Source: Candidatus Poriferisodalis sp.
GTDB lineage: Bacteria; Actinomycetota; Acidimicrobiia; Acidimicrobiales; Poriferisodalaceae
Assembly: GCF_965204125.1 (NCBI RefSeq)
Contig: NZ_OZ241968.1
Span: 1,048,840-1,112,839 of the forward strand
Direction of reading: 5' to 3'
DNA length: 64,000 nucleotides
The stretch's first letter is position 1. Every line of letters begins with the position of its first letter. A program made the position numbers and the translations under genes. The notes under the pieces are model-generated. The model was not told the DNA's origin. It did not search any database and saw only the letters and a program-made list of their open reading frames with translations. Positions 28,905-37,802 of this stretch are shown piece by piece.

Positions 28905-31028
28905 ATGCGGCGCGGTGCCGTGGCGGTTGCTGTGGTTGCGCTGGTCGCCGCCGCCACCGTTGCGTTCCCGGTGGGTGCGCAGGCGCTCGACAGAGGCTCG
29001 CCCATGCAGACGGTGCGGATATCGAACGGCCTGTACCTGTTCTGGTACGAGGTGGCAGGAGCAACGGGCTACGACGTGCAGATGCGCTCCCTGGGCAGCG
29101 ACAACACCTGGCAGCAGTGGAACAGCGTCGACTACAGCGGCACGTACCAGCCGCTCATCGTCACCGGTCTGGTGTCGGGCACCAAGTACCAATGGCGGGT
29201 CCGAGCGAAGAACGGCACGCAGACGGGCCCGTGGTCGCCCACCGATGACGACACCGACCCTGCGTACAACCAGACAGTGACGGCGTTCGGCAGCGGCGTG
29301 CCCAACGCGCCGATCATCACGGCGGTCTCGGGCACCGCGCAGTCGATCACGGTCGGGTGGATCCCCGGGGAGTCGCGCAGCGGTGTGGCAGCGGACGGCT
29401 GGGTCGTCAGCTATTTCTGGTACGACGAGAACGACCAGTACCACATCCGCCGTTCCGAGCGTCTTGCAGCGTCGGCGAGGACGCACACGTTCAACGTAGC
29501 CACAGGCGTCGATGTCGAGTACGAGGTGTTCGTGCGGTCCTACGCCGGGACGCGTGCAGCCGGTGCGTCATCGAACGTCGTGTGCGTCATCCCGAACCGG
29601 GTGCATGCGGCGCCGCATACACGGCTGCCGCCGCCTCGCACCCCTACGCAGAACCCGACGCCGCAACCGACGCCGACGACCCCGACGACGCAACCGCCAC
29701 CCGACAACGACAACCCACCGCCCGACAACAACGAGGATCCGCCACCCGACAACAACGAGGATCCGCCACCCGACAACGACAACCCACCGCCCGACAACAA
29801 CGACAACCCACCGCCGAACAACGACAACCCACCGCCGAACAACGACAACCCACCGCCGAACAACGAGAACCCACCGCCGAACAACGAGAACCCACCGCCG
29901 GGCAACGAGAACCCACCGCCGGGCAACGACAGCCCGCCGCCGGGCGATGCCGACGTACCGCAGTCAGACGACCCGGGCGATCCGCCGTCTCGCACCCCGA
30001 GGGGGAAGTGGCGCGACGTGGACGTGGAACGCGTGGGAGGCCCAGACCGGATCACCACCGGCGTCACCGTCGCCGAGACCTACGCCGAGCGGCGGAGAAA
30101 CGCCGGCGACGACATCGACAGCGTGATCGTGGCGACCTCGCTGCGCTTCCCCGACGCGTTGTCGGCGTCGTCGTTGGCGGGGCTGATCGACGCGCCGATC
30201 CTGCTGACCGAGCTCGATCGGCTGTCGAAGCCCACGGCCGAGTTCATCGAGGCCCACGGCATCGAGCGGGTGTTCATCATGGGCGAGCACGAGGCCGTGT
30301 CGTACAAGGTCCAGCGGGCCATCGAAGCCCTCGAGCCCGTGCGCGAGGTGATCCGCCTCGGCGGTGCCGACCGCTACGAGACGTCGGTCAAGATCGCCGA
30401 GTACGTGGGCACACCGGGCAGCTTCTGCGGCACCAACCGGCGAACCGTGCTGCTGGCCACCGGCACCAAGTTTCCCGATGCGCTCGCGGCAGCGCCGGTC
30501 GCGGCGGTCGGCAAGCACAGCCTGCTGCTCAGCTATCCCGACCGCCTGCCGCCGCTGGTGCGCACGCACCTGCACCAAGGCGCGCTGGAGGGCTCCATCG
30601 ACCGTGTGGTGATCGTGGGCGAGACCAGCGCCGTCTCGCGCAGTGTGGAGCAGATGCTCGCACGCCTCGGCCTGATCACGGTGCGCGTCGGCGGCGCCGA
30701 CCGCTACGACACCGCCGCCCTGCTCGCCAAGTACGCGGTAGACGACACCTCGCCCACGCCGGCGGGCTGCCTCGGCAACAAGGCTGCGGCCATCGTCACC
30801 GGCCGCACTTTTGCCGACGCGCTGGTGGCCGGGCCGCTCATCGCCTACGCACAGGGTCCCACGCTGCTGCTGAACCCGCCCAGCTTCATCCCCGCCCCCG
30901 TCGTGCGCGTGCTGCGCGCCGGCATCTTCGACCGCGAGGCGGTGGAGCTGGTGGTGGTGGGCGGTCGCCGTGCACTGCCCGATCAGCAGGTGAAATGGGT
31001 GCGCGACATCTTGCGGCGCGCCGACTAG
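28905..31028 (+). CDS. Secreted FN3-domain protein with a Pro/Asn/Asp repeat linker and three C-terminal CWB2 repeats
   Basis: Likely start ATG 28905 (MRRGAVAVAVVALVAAATVAFPVGAQALD) inside ORF 28764..31028. FN3-like YDVQMRSLG...GLVSGTKYQWRVRAKN. CWB2 motifs GGPDRITTGVTVAETY, GGADRYETSVKIAEYV and GGADRYDTAALLAKYA. Confidence 0.8.
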   Translation: MRRGAVAVAVVALVAAATVAFPVGAQALDRGSPMQTVRISNGLYLFWYEVAGATGYDVQMRSLGSDNTWQQWNSVDYSGTYQPLIVTGLVSGTKYQWRVRAKNGTQTGPWSPTDDDTDPAYNQTVTAFGSGVPNAPIITAVSGTAQSITVGWIPGESRSGVAADGWVVSYFWYDENDQYHIRRSERLAASARTHTFNVATGVDVEYEVFVRSYAGTRAAGASSNVVCVIPNRVHAAPHTRLPPPRTPTQNPTPQPTPTTPTTQPPPDNDNPPPDNNEDPPPDNNEDPPPDNDNPPPDNNDNPPPNNDNPPPNNDNPPPNNENPPPNNENPPPGNENPPPGNDSPPPGDADVPQSDDPGDPPSRTPRGKWRDVDVERVGGPDRITTGVTVAETYAERRRNAGDDIDSVIVATSLRFPDALSASSLAGLIDAPILLTELDRLSKPTAEFIEAHGIERVFIMGEHEAVSYKVQRAIEALEPVREVIRLGGADRYETSVKIAEYVGTPGSFCGTNRRTVLLATGTKFPDALAAAPVAAVGKHSLLLSYPDRLPPLVRTHLHQGALEGSIDRVVIVGETSAVSRSVEQMLARLGLITVRVGGADRYDTAALLAKYAVDDTSPTPAGCLGNKAAAIVTGRTFADALVAGPLIAYAQGPTLLLNPPSFIPAPVVRVLRAGIFDREAVELVVVGGRRALPDQQVKWVRDILRRAD
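29695..29950 (+). repeat. About 11 tandem 24-bp in-frame repeats encoding PPP(D/N/G)N(D/N/E)(N/E)(N/D)
   Basis: Reads PPPDNDNPPPDNNEDPPPDNNEDPPPDNDNPPPDNNDNPPPNNDNPPPNNDNPPPNNENPPPNNENPPPGNENPPPGNDSPPPGD. Confidence 0.9.
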
Positions 31029-32896
31029 CGACCCTTGCGGATCCAGCGTGCGGTGTTCACCGAGGTCTCGATGCGCGACTCGCCGGTGAGGCGCCGGATG
31101 ATGACGTCGCGCGGCGATGCGCTGGCGATGGCTTGGTGAATCTCCTCGCTCACCACTGCGGTGCCGCCGACCAGGTAGATCCGCATCGGCTTGAAGTCGC
31201 GCAGGAGCTGCTCGGTGGCTGCGGGCAGCGACCCGGTCTCGGTGAACGCGACCGCAGAGTGGGGAAGGTCCGCAGCGAGGCCGGCGGCGATGGCGACATC
31301 GGGCGGGCACCCGCCGTTGACGATCACCAGCGTGATGTCGCGCGAACCCGTGCCCGGCGTGGGCAGCACATTGCGCGCCGCCAGCGCAGCGGTCTCTGCG
31401 AGGTCTGCGCCCGCGAGCCGGGTGACCATGCCCGGCTCGACGCCGGCCGCGATGATCGCGTCGCGCACTGCGGGGCCGACCGATTCGGGTCCGCCGATCA
31501 GCCGCGCCCGCTTGACGTCGTAGTCGTTCAGCAGCGCGGCGGACGCCTCGGGCAGCGCATCGGCCGCGGTGTAGACGATGACGGATCGCTGCATCCGTGC
31601 GGCGACGGCCGCAGCCACGCCGATCTCGCCCGGCGACTCGCCGTTCACCACCACCAGTGCAATCGGCTCTGCCGCCGCGGGCCTGCCCAGCAGGTGCCGC
31701 GCCGCGTTGGCCGCGATGGCGGCGCGATCGGTGCCCGAGACGCGCCAGACGGTCGGCGACGAGCGCAGCGAGCGCACCCGGTCGAGCAGGGCAGGCGGCA
31801 CGGCGTCGGTGTCGCCCACGAAGATCACCTCGTTGGGCTTCGTCTCGTTGAGGAACTCTTCGGTCTCGTCGGGCACCTCGGTGTCTGAGGTGTAGGCCAT
31901 CACCCCGCTGCGCAGGCGTGACGCGAGATGAGAGGCCACGGCGGCGTCATCGGCGTTCCAGCCGTTGACGAGCACCACGGTGCCGCCCGTGGCGACCGGG
32001 TTGGCAGACCGGTCCTCCCCGTCGTCGTCGCTGCCGGGTCCGTCACCGCCACCAGAACCGCCGCCGCCGTCACCGGGGCCGCCACTACCGCCGGGTCCGC
32101 CGCCGCCCGGTACGCCGCCACCGCCACCGATTCCGCCACCGGTTCCGCCGCCGCAGCTGCTGGCAGGCATGGCGGCGACCCAGTCGCCGGCCTCGTCGCC
32201 GACCGCTCGCACTCGCACGTTGTACTCAGTGATCAAGGGCCCCACGTCGATGGTCTGCTGCGGCACCGTGAACGACGCGCTGGTCGCTCGGTAGTCGTGG
32301 CGGGGGCCGTTCACCCACCATCCGCCGCTCGGGTGCTGGTACTGGGTCTCGAAACCGGTCAGCTTGCCGCCGGGTCTGGTCCACGACACCGTCACCACGT
32401 TGCCGCTGACCGTGTAGCAGACATTGGTCGGCTGGCCAGGACGGAATGACCTCGGCGTGAGGCCGACGTTGAGAGTTGCCCAAGCGCCGCCGTTGGCCCG
32501 TACTCGCACGTGGTAACAGGTGCCATTGTTCAGCCCGGTGAACAGGTGGAATCCGTTCCCGCTCGCGGAAGTACGCGTGCTCCAGTTGCCCGAGCAACCC
32601 GTCTGGTAACCGACTTCGTAGCCGCTAGCGGTTGGGGAGATGAGCCACTGCAGCCAGATGGACGCGTCGCGGGCCTCGGCCCTGACGTACTGGGGCGCGG
32701 GCTCCGTCTGAGCGGAGGCCGGCGACGCACTGGCGACCACGGCCAGCATCGACCCGATGACCGCAGCGGCCAGCAGCGGTGCCAGCCTCCTGGCGAAGCG
32801 CCGGCTGTGGGGCGGCCGGGTGCCCCGGCTTGGGCTGCTATCTTGCTGGCCGCGTTCAGCGGCCGGGACCGGCGCATTGCTGCTCATCGTCTGCAT
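31025..32896 (-). CDS. Secreted FN3-domain protein with a Gly-rich linker and three CWB2 repeats
   Basis: Signal region LAPLLAAAVIGSMLAVVASASPASA. FN3-like YEVGYQTG...GLNNGTCYHVRVRA. Linker GGGTGGGIGGGGGVPGGGGPGGSGGPGDGGGGSGGG. CWB2-like SGTDRAAIAANAARHL, AGADLAETAALAARNV and TGESRIETSVNTARWI. Its stop overlaps the stop of 28905..31028. Confidence 0.8.
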   Translation of the reverse strand: MQTMSSNAPVPAAERGQQDSSPSRGTRPPHSRRFARRLAPLLAAAVIGSMLAVVASASPASAQTEPAPQYVRAEARDASIWLQWLISPTASGYEVGYQTGCSGNWSTRTSASGNGFHLFTGLNNGTCYHVRVRANGGAWATLNVGLTPRSFRPGQPTNVCYTVSGNVVTVSWTRPGGKLTGFETQYQHPSGGWWVNGPRHDYRATSASFTVPQQTIDVGPLITEYNVRVRAVGDEAGDWVAAMPASSCGGGTGGGIGGGGGVPGGGGPGGSGGPGDGGGGSGGGDGPGSDDDGEDRSANPVATGGTVVLVNGWNADDAAVASHLASRLRSGVMAYTSDTEVPDETEEFLNETKPNEVIFVGDTDAVPPALLDRVRSLRSSPTVWRVSGTDRAAIAANAARHLLGRPAAAEPIALVVVNGESPGEIGVAAAVAARMQRSVIVYTAADALPEASAALLNDYDVKRARLIGGPESVGPAVRDAIIAAGVEPGMVTRLAGADLAETAALAARNVLPTPGTGSRDITLVIVNGGCPPDVAIAAGLAADLPHSAVAFTETGSLPAATEQLLRDFKPMRIYLVGGTAVVSEEIHQAIASASPRDVIIRRLTGESRIETSVNTARWIRKGR

Positions 32897-33229
32897 CCTC
32901 AGCCCATCTCAAAACCTGCCGCGGAATCCGGCAGCCCGAAGCGTCGGGCGCCACAGAATTCGCGGTCAGCGTTGATCGGAAATCATGAATGCTGCACATG
33001 AGTACCACACATGTAAAAAAACATGCAATAGCGGGTTTTTGGGCAGTCGGCCCCGGAACCATTCGGTAAATCGCTCAGTGCGGGCGGCGTCCCGCGTTCT
33101 CACAGCGCGATGTATGGCCTAGCTTGCCCTCATGCATGTATGCGCGGAGCAAGTGATCTTCAGCCCAGCGGCCAGCACGTCACATCGCCGCAACTGCTCA
33201 TGCCGACATGAAACGGGATCCGCTCGGCG

Positions 33230-35200
33230 GTGAGAAGAGTTCGCTTGGCGGCCGCTGCAGCCGCCCTTGCCATTGCAGCCACCGCGCTCTCGCCGGCATT
33301 CGTGGTGCCCGCGAACGCCCAGGAAGCCGATCCGGTCGCGGCGCGGCCTGCCGTGCAGAGCCCGACGCGGTCGCCCACCGCGTTCAGGCTCGGCGAAGTG
33401 GTCTACGTCCTGCTGCACTTCTATGACGGCGTGACCGTCCAGGGGTCACCGGGACTGCCCGCCACAATCGGCAGTCGAACTGTCACCTTCAAGCATCAGT
33501 CGTACGTGTCGGCGTCTCGCCAGGCGCTGTTCAGCTACCGGGTGGCCGAGGGCGACTTCGCCAGCGGCGGCGTCACCTTCAGCACCGGCACGGTGACGCT
33601 GTCGGGCGGCACGTTCACGCCGACGTCGGGCGGCGCCGCCACCAACCGCATCACGCTGGGCGCGTTCGGGGCTGATCACGTGAACTACCTCATCGACGGC
33701 GTGAGGCCGAGCGTGCGGGAGGCCCGTGTGGCGGCGGTGCCGGCGGGCGGCGTCTACCGGCCCGGCGATGTCGTCGAGGTAGAGCTGCGCTGGAGCGAGC
33801 CGGTGTCGGTTCCGCAGCAGCACGTGAGCGCCACGTCGGTGATCGTCGGCATTGCCCCGCCCAGCGGGCCGATCAGCCGGCGTTCTGCTGTGCTGTCGGC
33901 CGGCAACGGCACCGACCTGTGGCGCTTCCGCTACGTGGTGCGTGCCGGCGACGGCACCGGTGTGCTGGGCCTCTTCGGGTCTTCTCTGGCTCTTCCCGCG
34001 GGGGTGATGGTCCGCGACACCGCGGGCAACCCGGCGATCATCCGCTGGGACACCGTCGAGACGCGCCTGTCGTTCGACGCGCCGGGGTCCGACCAGTGCC
34101 CCGAATGCGAGGAACCGCCCCTGACGCCGACCGTCGAGCAGCCGGCCGGCGACGACCGACCCGACGGCGGGGGCGCGGTGACAACCACGCGCGTGTCGGG
34201 CGGCGACCGCACGGCGACTGCCGTCGAGGTGGCCGAGGAGTACGTCAGGCGGGTCGCGGCGGCTGGCGGCGACGTCGACACGGTGATCGTGGCGACCAAC
34301 AGGCGGTTCGCCGACGGGCTCGCGGCATCGTCGTTGGCCGGCAAGGTGCAGGCGCCGATCCTGCTCACCGATCCCGACCGGCTCTCGGGCACGGTCGCGG
34401 GCTTCATCGAGCGCCACGAGATTTCGCATGTGTACGTCATGGGCGGCACCGAGGCCGTGTCGCTCGAGGTGGAGCGCTCGTTGGAGACGCTCGACGCGGT
34501 GCAGGCGCTCACCCGTCTCGGCGGCGCCGATCGCTACGAGACCTCGGTGCTGATTGCGCGCGAGGTCGGCATTCCAGAGGCGTTCTGCAACCGCAACAAG
34601 CGCACCGTGCTGCTGGCGACGGGCACCGAGTTCGCCGACGCCCTGGCTGCGGCGCCGGTGGCGGCGGTGGGCCCGCACCCGCTGCTGCTGACCGAGCCCG
34701 ATGCGCTGCCGCCGAAGGTCCGCAGCCACCTGCGCAACAGCAGCGACTACGGCTGGGTGCACAACGTGGTGGTCATCGGCGGCGAGAACGCCGTGTCGGC
34801 CCGTGTGGCCCGCGACATTGCCGGCATGGGCCTGCGCGTGGTGCGGGTAGGCGGTGCCGATCGCTACGAGACGGCAGTGCGGCTGGCCGAGCATGCGGCG
34901 TTTGCGGCGACGTCGCCTCCGGACCGCTGTCTGGGCAACCGCCGCGTCGGCGTGGCCGACGGCACGAGGTTCGCCGACGCCCTGGTGGCCGGGCCGCTGC
35001 TCGCGTACGTGCGAGGCACGACCCTGCTCGTGCAGCCCCCCGACGTCGTGCCCCCCTCGGTGGCTGCGTTCCTGCAAGGGCCGGTGCTCGACGCCGAGTC
35101 GGTCGAGCTGATTGCGGTCGGGGGTCGAGAAGTTCTCGCCGACCCCCTCCTCGAACGTCTGAGAGCTCACGCAGCCAGGCGGCCGCCCCCGCCGAGCTGA
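33230..35200 (+). CDS. Secreted protein with an uncharacterised N-terminal beta-rich region and three CWB2 repeats
   Basis: Signal peptide MRRVRLAAAAAALAIAATALSPAFVVPANAQEA. CWB2 motifs SGGDRTATAVEVAEEY, GGADRYETSVLIAREV and GGADRYETAVRLAEHA. Confidence 0.8.
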   Translation: MRRVRLAAAAAALAIAATALSPAFVVPANAQEADPVAARPAVQSPTRSPTAFRLGEVVYVLLHFYDGVTVQGSPGLPATIGSRTVTFKHQSYVSASRQALFSYRVAEGDFASGGVTFSTGTVTLSGGTFTPTSGGAATNRITLGAFGADHVNYLIDGVRPSVREARVAAVPAGGVYRPGDVVEVELRWSEPVSVPQQHVSATSVIVGIAPPSGPISRRSAVLSAGNGTDLWRFRYVVRAGDGTGVLGLFGSSLALPAGVMVRDTAGNPAIIRWDTVETRLSFDAPGSDQCPECEEPPLTPTVEQPAGDDRPDGGGAVTTTRVSGGDRTATAVEVAEEYVRRVAAAGGDVDTVIVATNRRFADGLAASSLAGKVQAPILLTDPDRLSGTVAGFIERHEISHVYVMGGTEAVSLEVERSLETLDAVQALTRLGGADRYETSVLIAREVGIPEAFCNRNKRTVLLATGTEFADALAAAPVAAVGPHPLLLTEPDALPPKVRSHLRNSSDYGWVHNVVVIGGENAVSARVARDIAGMGLRVVRVGGADRYETAVRLAEHAAFAATSPPDRCLGNRRVGVADGTRFADALVAGPLLAYVRGTTLLVQPPDVVPPSVAAFLQGPVLDAESVELIAVGGREVLADPLLERLRAHAARRPPPPS

Positions 35201-35601
35201 GCCCGGACCGGACGCGGCCACCCCGGGCCCGCTGGCTTCCTGCGCCGGCGCTGCTCCCTACGGCTCGATCCCGACCGTCTGTTCCTCCCGTTCCAGAAAC
35301 GGGTACTGCCCACGGATGACGAAGCCGTGGCTGAGAGTATGCGGCAGACCTCTCGTCCCGGATGTCGTGCTGACCGACGCCGAGGACGGGGCAGTCGAGG
35401 CCATGCGGCTGATCGAGCCCCGCGTGGAGCGGATAGCGGTGCTCGCGTCGAAGCGGGGGCCGCTTGGCAGCAGTGCGCGCGGCGGAATATTGCTGGCTCT
35501 TCGCGTTTTAGCGTGGAGTGAGTGTGCGGCAGTTGTGTCGCCCGGTGTGGTCATGGCGGCGGTCGTCCATCGCCCGCGGTGTCGGCGCCAACTTCCGCCG
35601 G

Positions 35602-37299
35602 TCAGCTCTGCGTATTGACGACTGGGAAGTAGCGGCGTGCACGTGTTTTGCCAACCGGGCGAGCTTTGCCCGCCGCGGCCAGGTTGTTGAGGATCTTGCG
35701 GGCCACTGCCCGGTCGACGTCGAGCAGGCTCGCCGCTTCTGCGGTGGAGATGCTGCCGAGGCGTTCGATTTCCCGTAGCAGCCTGACGGTGCGCTCGTGC
35801 GCCTTGTCTCGGGCCGGCACCCCGGCGCGTCTGATGAGTTCGTCCGACAGCCGGTACTGCGTGCCGCCGGCGCGACCCACGCGTTCGATGAGTCCGTGTA
35901 AGCGCATCTCGTCGAGCAGGGCGTCCACGTCGATGCTGGGGAGCACGTCGGCGAGGTGCCGTTTGGCGGCTTCGCCGCGGCGTCGTAGCTCGACGAGCAC
36001 GCGGCGCTGCGCAGCTGAGCCCGCCCATGGATCCAGCGCGAGCAGCCATGCCTGCTCGTCGAGATCGATCAGGAACTGGTTGCGCAATGTCACGGTGAGC
36101 GAATCGGATTCGGCGGCGAATTCGGGAGGACGCATCAAGCGCGATTCCATCTCTTGGAACATGCGGTCGACTCCCTCGCCGTACTCCTCCACGAAGCCCA
36201 TGCTGCGCAGCGTCCTCATCAGACGGCGGTTGCGGCTGAAGTGCTCGAGTCGCATGTTGTCGACCGTGATGTGGCCGGCGAGCGGGCCGGGGCTGCGAAT
36301 CTCGATTCGGTCGTCCCACACGGTGACGTCGATCGTGGTTCCCACCCGGCCGTAGTCGCGGTGCGCGAGCGCGTTCAGCAGCGCCTCGCGCACCACAGCA
36401 TGGGGGTACTCCGGGATGGGCTCGCGAAACAGGCCCGACACCGCTTCGTAGGTGCGGGTGTGCCTGTCGATGAACTCGACGCAGCAGCCGAAGACGACCT
36501 CCAACGGCCCCCAGCACTCGTGATGGTCGGAGGTGGGGCCCGCAATCGGGCCGATCCCTGCTCGGCGCACGAGCTGCACCGCTGCACCAGGCACGAACTG
36601 GCGCGGGTCGCGTGCGAAGAGAACCGCTGCAGCGGTCGTCACCTCGATATCGCCGCCGGCCGCAGCGCTGGAGGCTCGCTCGGCGAGGTGCAGATCGACG
36701 AGTGCGCTGTCGAGATCTGCCCCGACCACAGCAGGGCGCCCGTTGCGCGCCAGCGCCGAGTTGACGAGCTCGACGTCGAAGTCGGCCGGGTCGAACCGGC
36801 GGTTCAACGGCTCCTCTTCTGCCGAGCGGCGAGATCGGTCCCGGACGAACGAAGCGAGCGCGTCACCCACCAGCGGTTGCGAGTCGCCGCCGACGCGGCG
36901 AAGCAGCCGTCCATCGGGCGTGGTGACGATGCGGTCGCTGACCTGGGGGACCATCACAGCAATGAGCTCCACACCGTCGACACGGAACGGCTTGAGCCCG
37001 ACGGGGACATCGCACTGGTTGGCATATCGGGTGATGCTGTCCTGCACACGCTGGCTCAGCGAGCAGCCGGTGATCTCGCGCACGCCGCCGGTATCGCTCA
37101 CGCCGAGGATCACCAACCCGCCGTCGGTCATGGCCATGGCGGGAAGCAACTCCTTGAAGCTGTCCCCGGGCCCGCCCTTGAAGTCAAGGGTTTCGTGTTC
37201 GACCTCGCCGAACAGGTCCCAGAACTGGCCGGCTGCGAGATCGTCGGCGATGTCTGCGAGCTGGGGTTGCGGCCGCGCCATGCTTGCCACTCTAGCCAA
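35602..37299 (-). CDS. AlbA_2 (Schlafen-type divergent AAA) + HATPase_c_4 + C-terminal winged-HTH protein; putative transcriptional regulator
   Basis: ETLDFKGGPGDSFKELLPAMAMTDGGLVILGV (AlbA_2). REALLNALAHRDYGRVGTTIDVTVWDDRIEIRSPGPL (HATPase_c_4). C-terminal ISTAEAASLLDVDRAVARKILNNLAAAGKARPVG. TTG at 37299; a more likely ATG at 37281. Confidence 0.75.
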   Translation of the reverse strand: MARVASMARPQPQLADIADDLAAGQFWDLFGEVEHETLDFKGGPGDSFKELLPAMAMTDGGLVILGVSDTGGVREITGCSLSQRVQDSITRYANQCDVPVGLKPFRVDGVELIAVMVPQVSDRIVTTPDGRLLRRVGGDSQPLVGDALASFVRDRSRRSAEEEPLNRRFDPADFDVELVNSALARNGRPAVVGADLDSALVDLHLAERASSAAAGGDIEVTTAAAVLFARDPRQFVPGAAVQLVRRAGIGPIAGPTSDHHECWGPLEVVFGCCVEFIDRHTRTYEAVSGLFREPIPEYPHAVVREALLNALAHRDYGRVGTTIDVTVWDDRIEIRSPGPLAGHITVDNMRLEHFSRNRRLMRTLRSMGFVEEYGEGVDRMFQEMESRLMRPPEFAAESDSLTVTLRNQFLIDLDEQAWLLALDPWAGSAAQRRVLVELRRRGEAAKRHLADVLPSIDVDALLDEMRLHGLIERVGRAGGTQYRLSDELIRRAGVPARDKAHERTVRLLREIERLGSISTAEAASLLDVDRAVARKILNNLAAAGKARPVGKTRARRYFPVVNTQS

Positions 37300-37304
37300 T
37301 GAGC

Positions 37305-37426
37305 AGAAGATTCTATAATCTTCTGCCCATAACTCGCATTTTCGGGGGTTCTTGGAGAAGATTTCAATATCTTCTCATCGAATACAGCATTTTTTCTATT
37401 GCGGATAGAAGATTTTATAATCTTCT
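37305..37426. promoter_or_regulatory. Three palindromic operator-like sites AGAAGAT-N6-ATCTTCT spaced exactly 51 bp apart
   Basis: Sites at 37305-37324 (agaagattctataatcttct), 37356-37375 (agaagatttcaatatcttct) and 37407-37426 (agaagattttataatcttct). They lie in an AT-rich tract immediately upstream of 35602..37299. Confidence 0.7.
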
Positions 37427-37700
37427 CCTCGCGCGGGAACACGTGCCCTCACGGCCGAGCGCGCTGGCGACGATGCGTTGGGTGGCTCTCGAAGCGAAGC
37501 TCGGCAGCACTCAAAGCATCGACAGCACAGCGACATCACTGCAGCGACTCGCCGCCAAGACCGACACCGACCGCGTCGGACCACCCTCCGACCTGATCGT
37601 GATCACCGCCTCGGGCTACAACCACCAACGACCCCACGGCACCGCCGTTGCCTCCGCGACCACCATCACCCCCTAGTCCAAACAACACCTCGCAGACGCG

Positions 37701-37732
37701 AAGAGCCCCGGGGCGGGTGCCCCGGGGCTCTT
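37701..37732 (-). terminator. Conserved hairpin terminator (copy T2) downstream of S2
   Basis: aagagccccgggg-cgggtg-ccccggggctctt. Conserved 3' UTR at 37733-37802. Confidence 0.8.
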
Positions 37733-37802
37733 TCGCTGTTGGTCTTTGCCGGTCAGGCGGGCGGGCCGCTTGGCCGGTTCAGGTCAACTGTGGGTCTGAC
37801 TC

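Noticed and set aside
29357-31888. Very long alternative-frame or antisense ORFs: 29357..31888, 1562..2890, 2473..3822, 4134..6239, 6858..8555, 33446..35221, 36154..37302, 38736..40829, 46434..48863, 56725..58425 and many shorter ones
   Set aside because: - They are Arg/Gly/Pro/His/Ala-rich with no motifs.
- They overlap ORFs that have clear domain signatures.
- Such shadow ORFs are expected in very high-GC DNA.
35205-35600. Possible small genes in the 35.2-35.6 kb gap (35316..35618 plus strand; C-terminal end of 35258..36517 minus strand)
   Set aside because: There is no start/SD context or motif that I can defend. It could be a gene fragment and is left unannotated.
37299-37676. ORF 37299..37676 (125 aa) spanning the AT-rich palindromes
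   Set aside because: Its first 45 codons are just the three palindromic sites read in frame (RRFYNLL repeated). The rest has no support.
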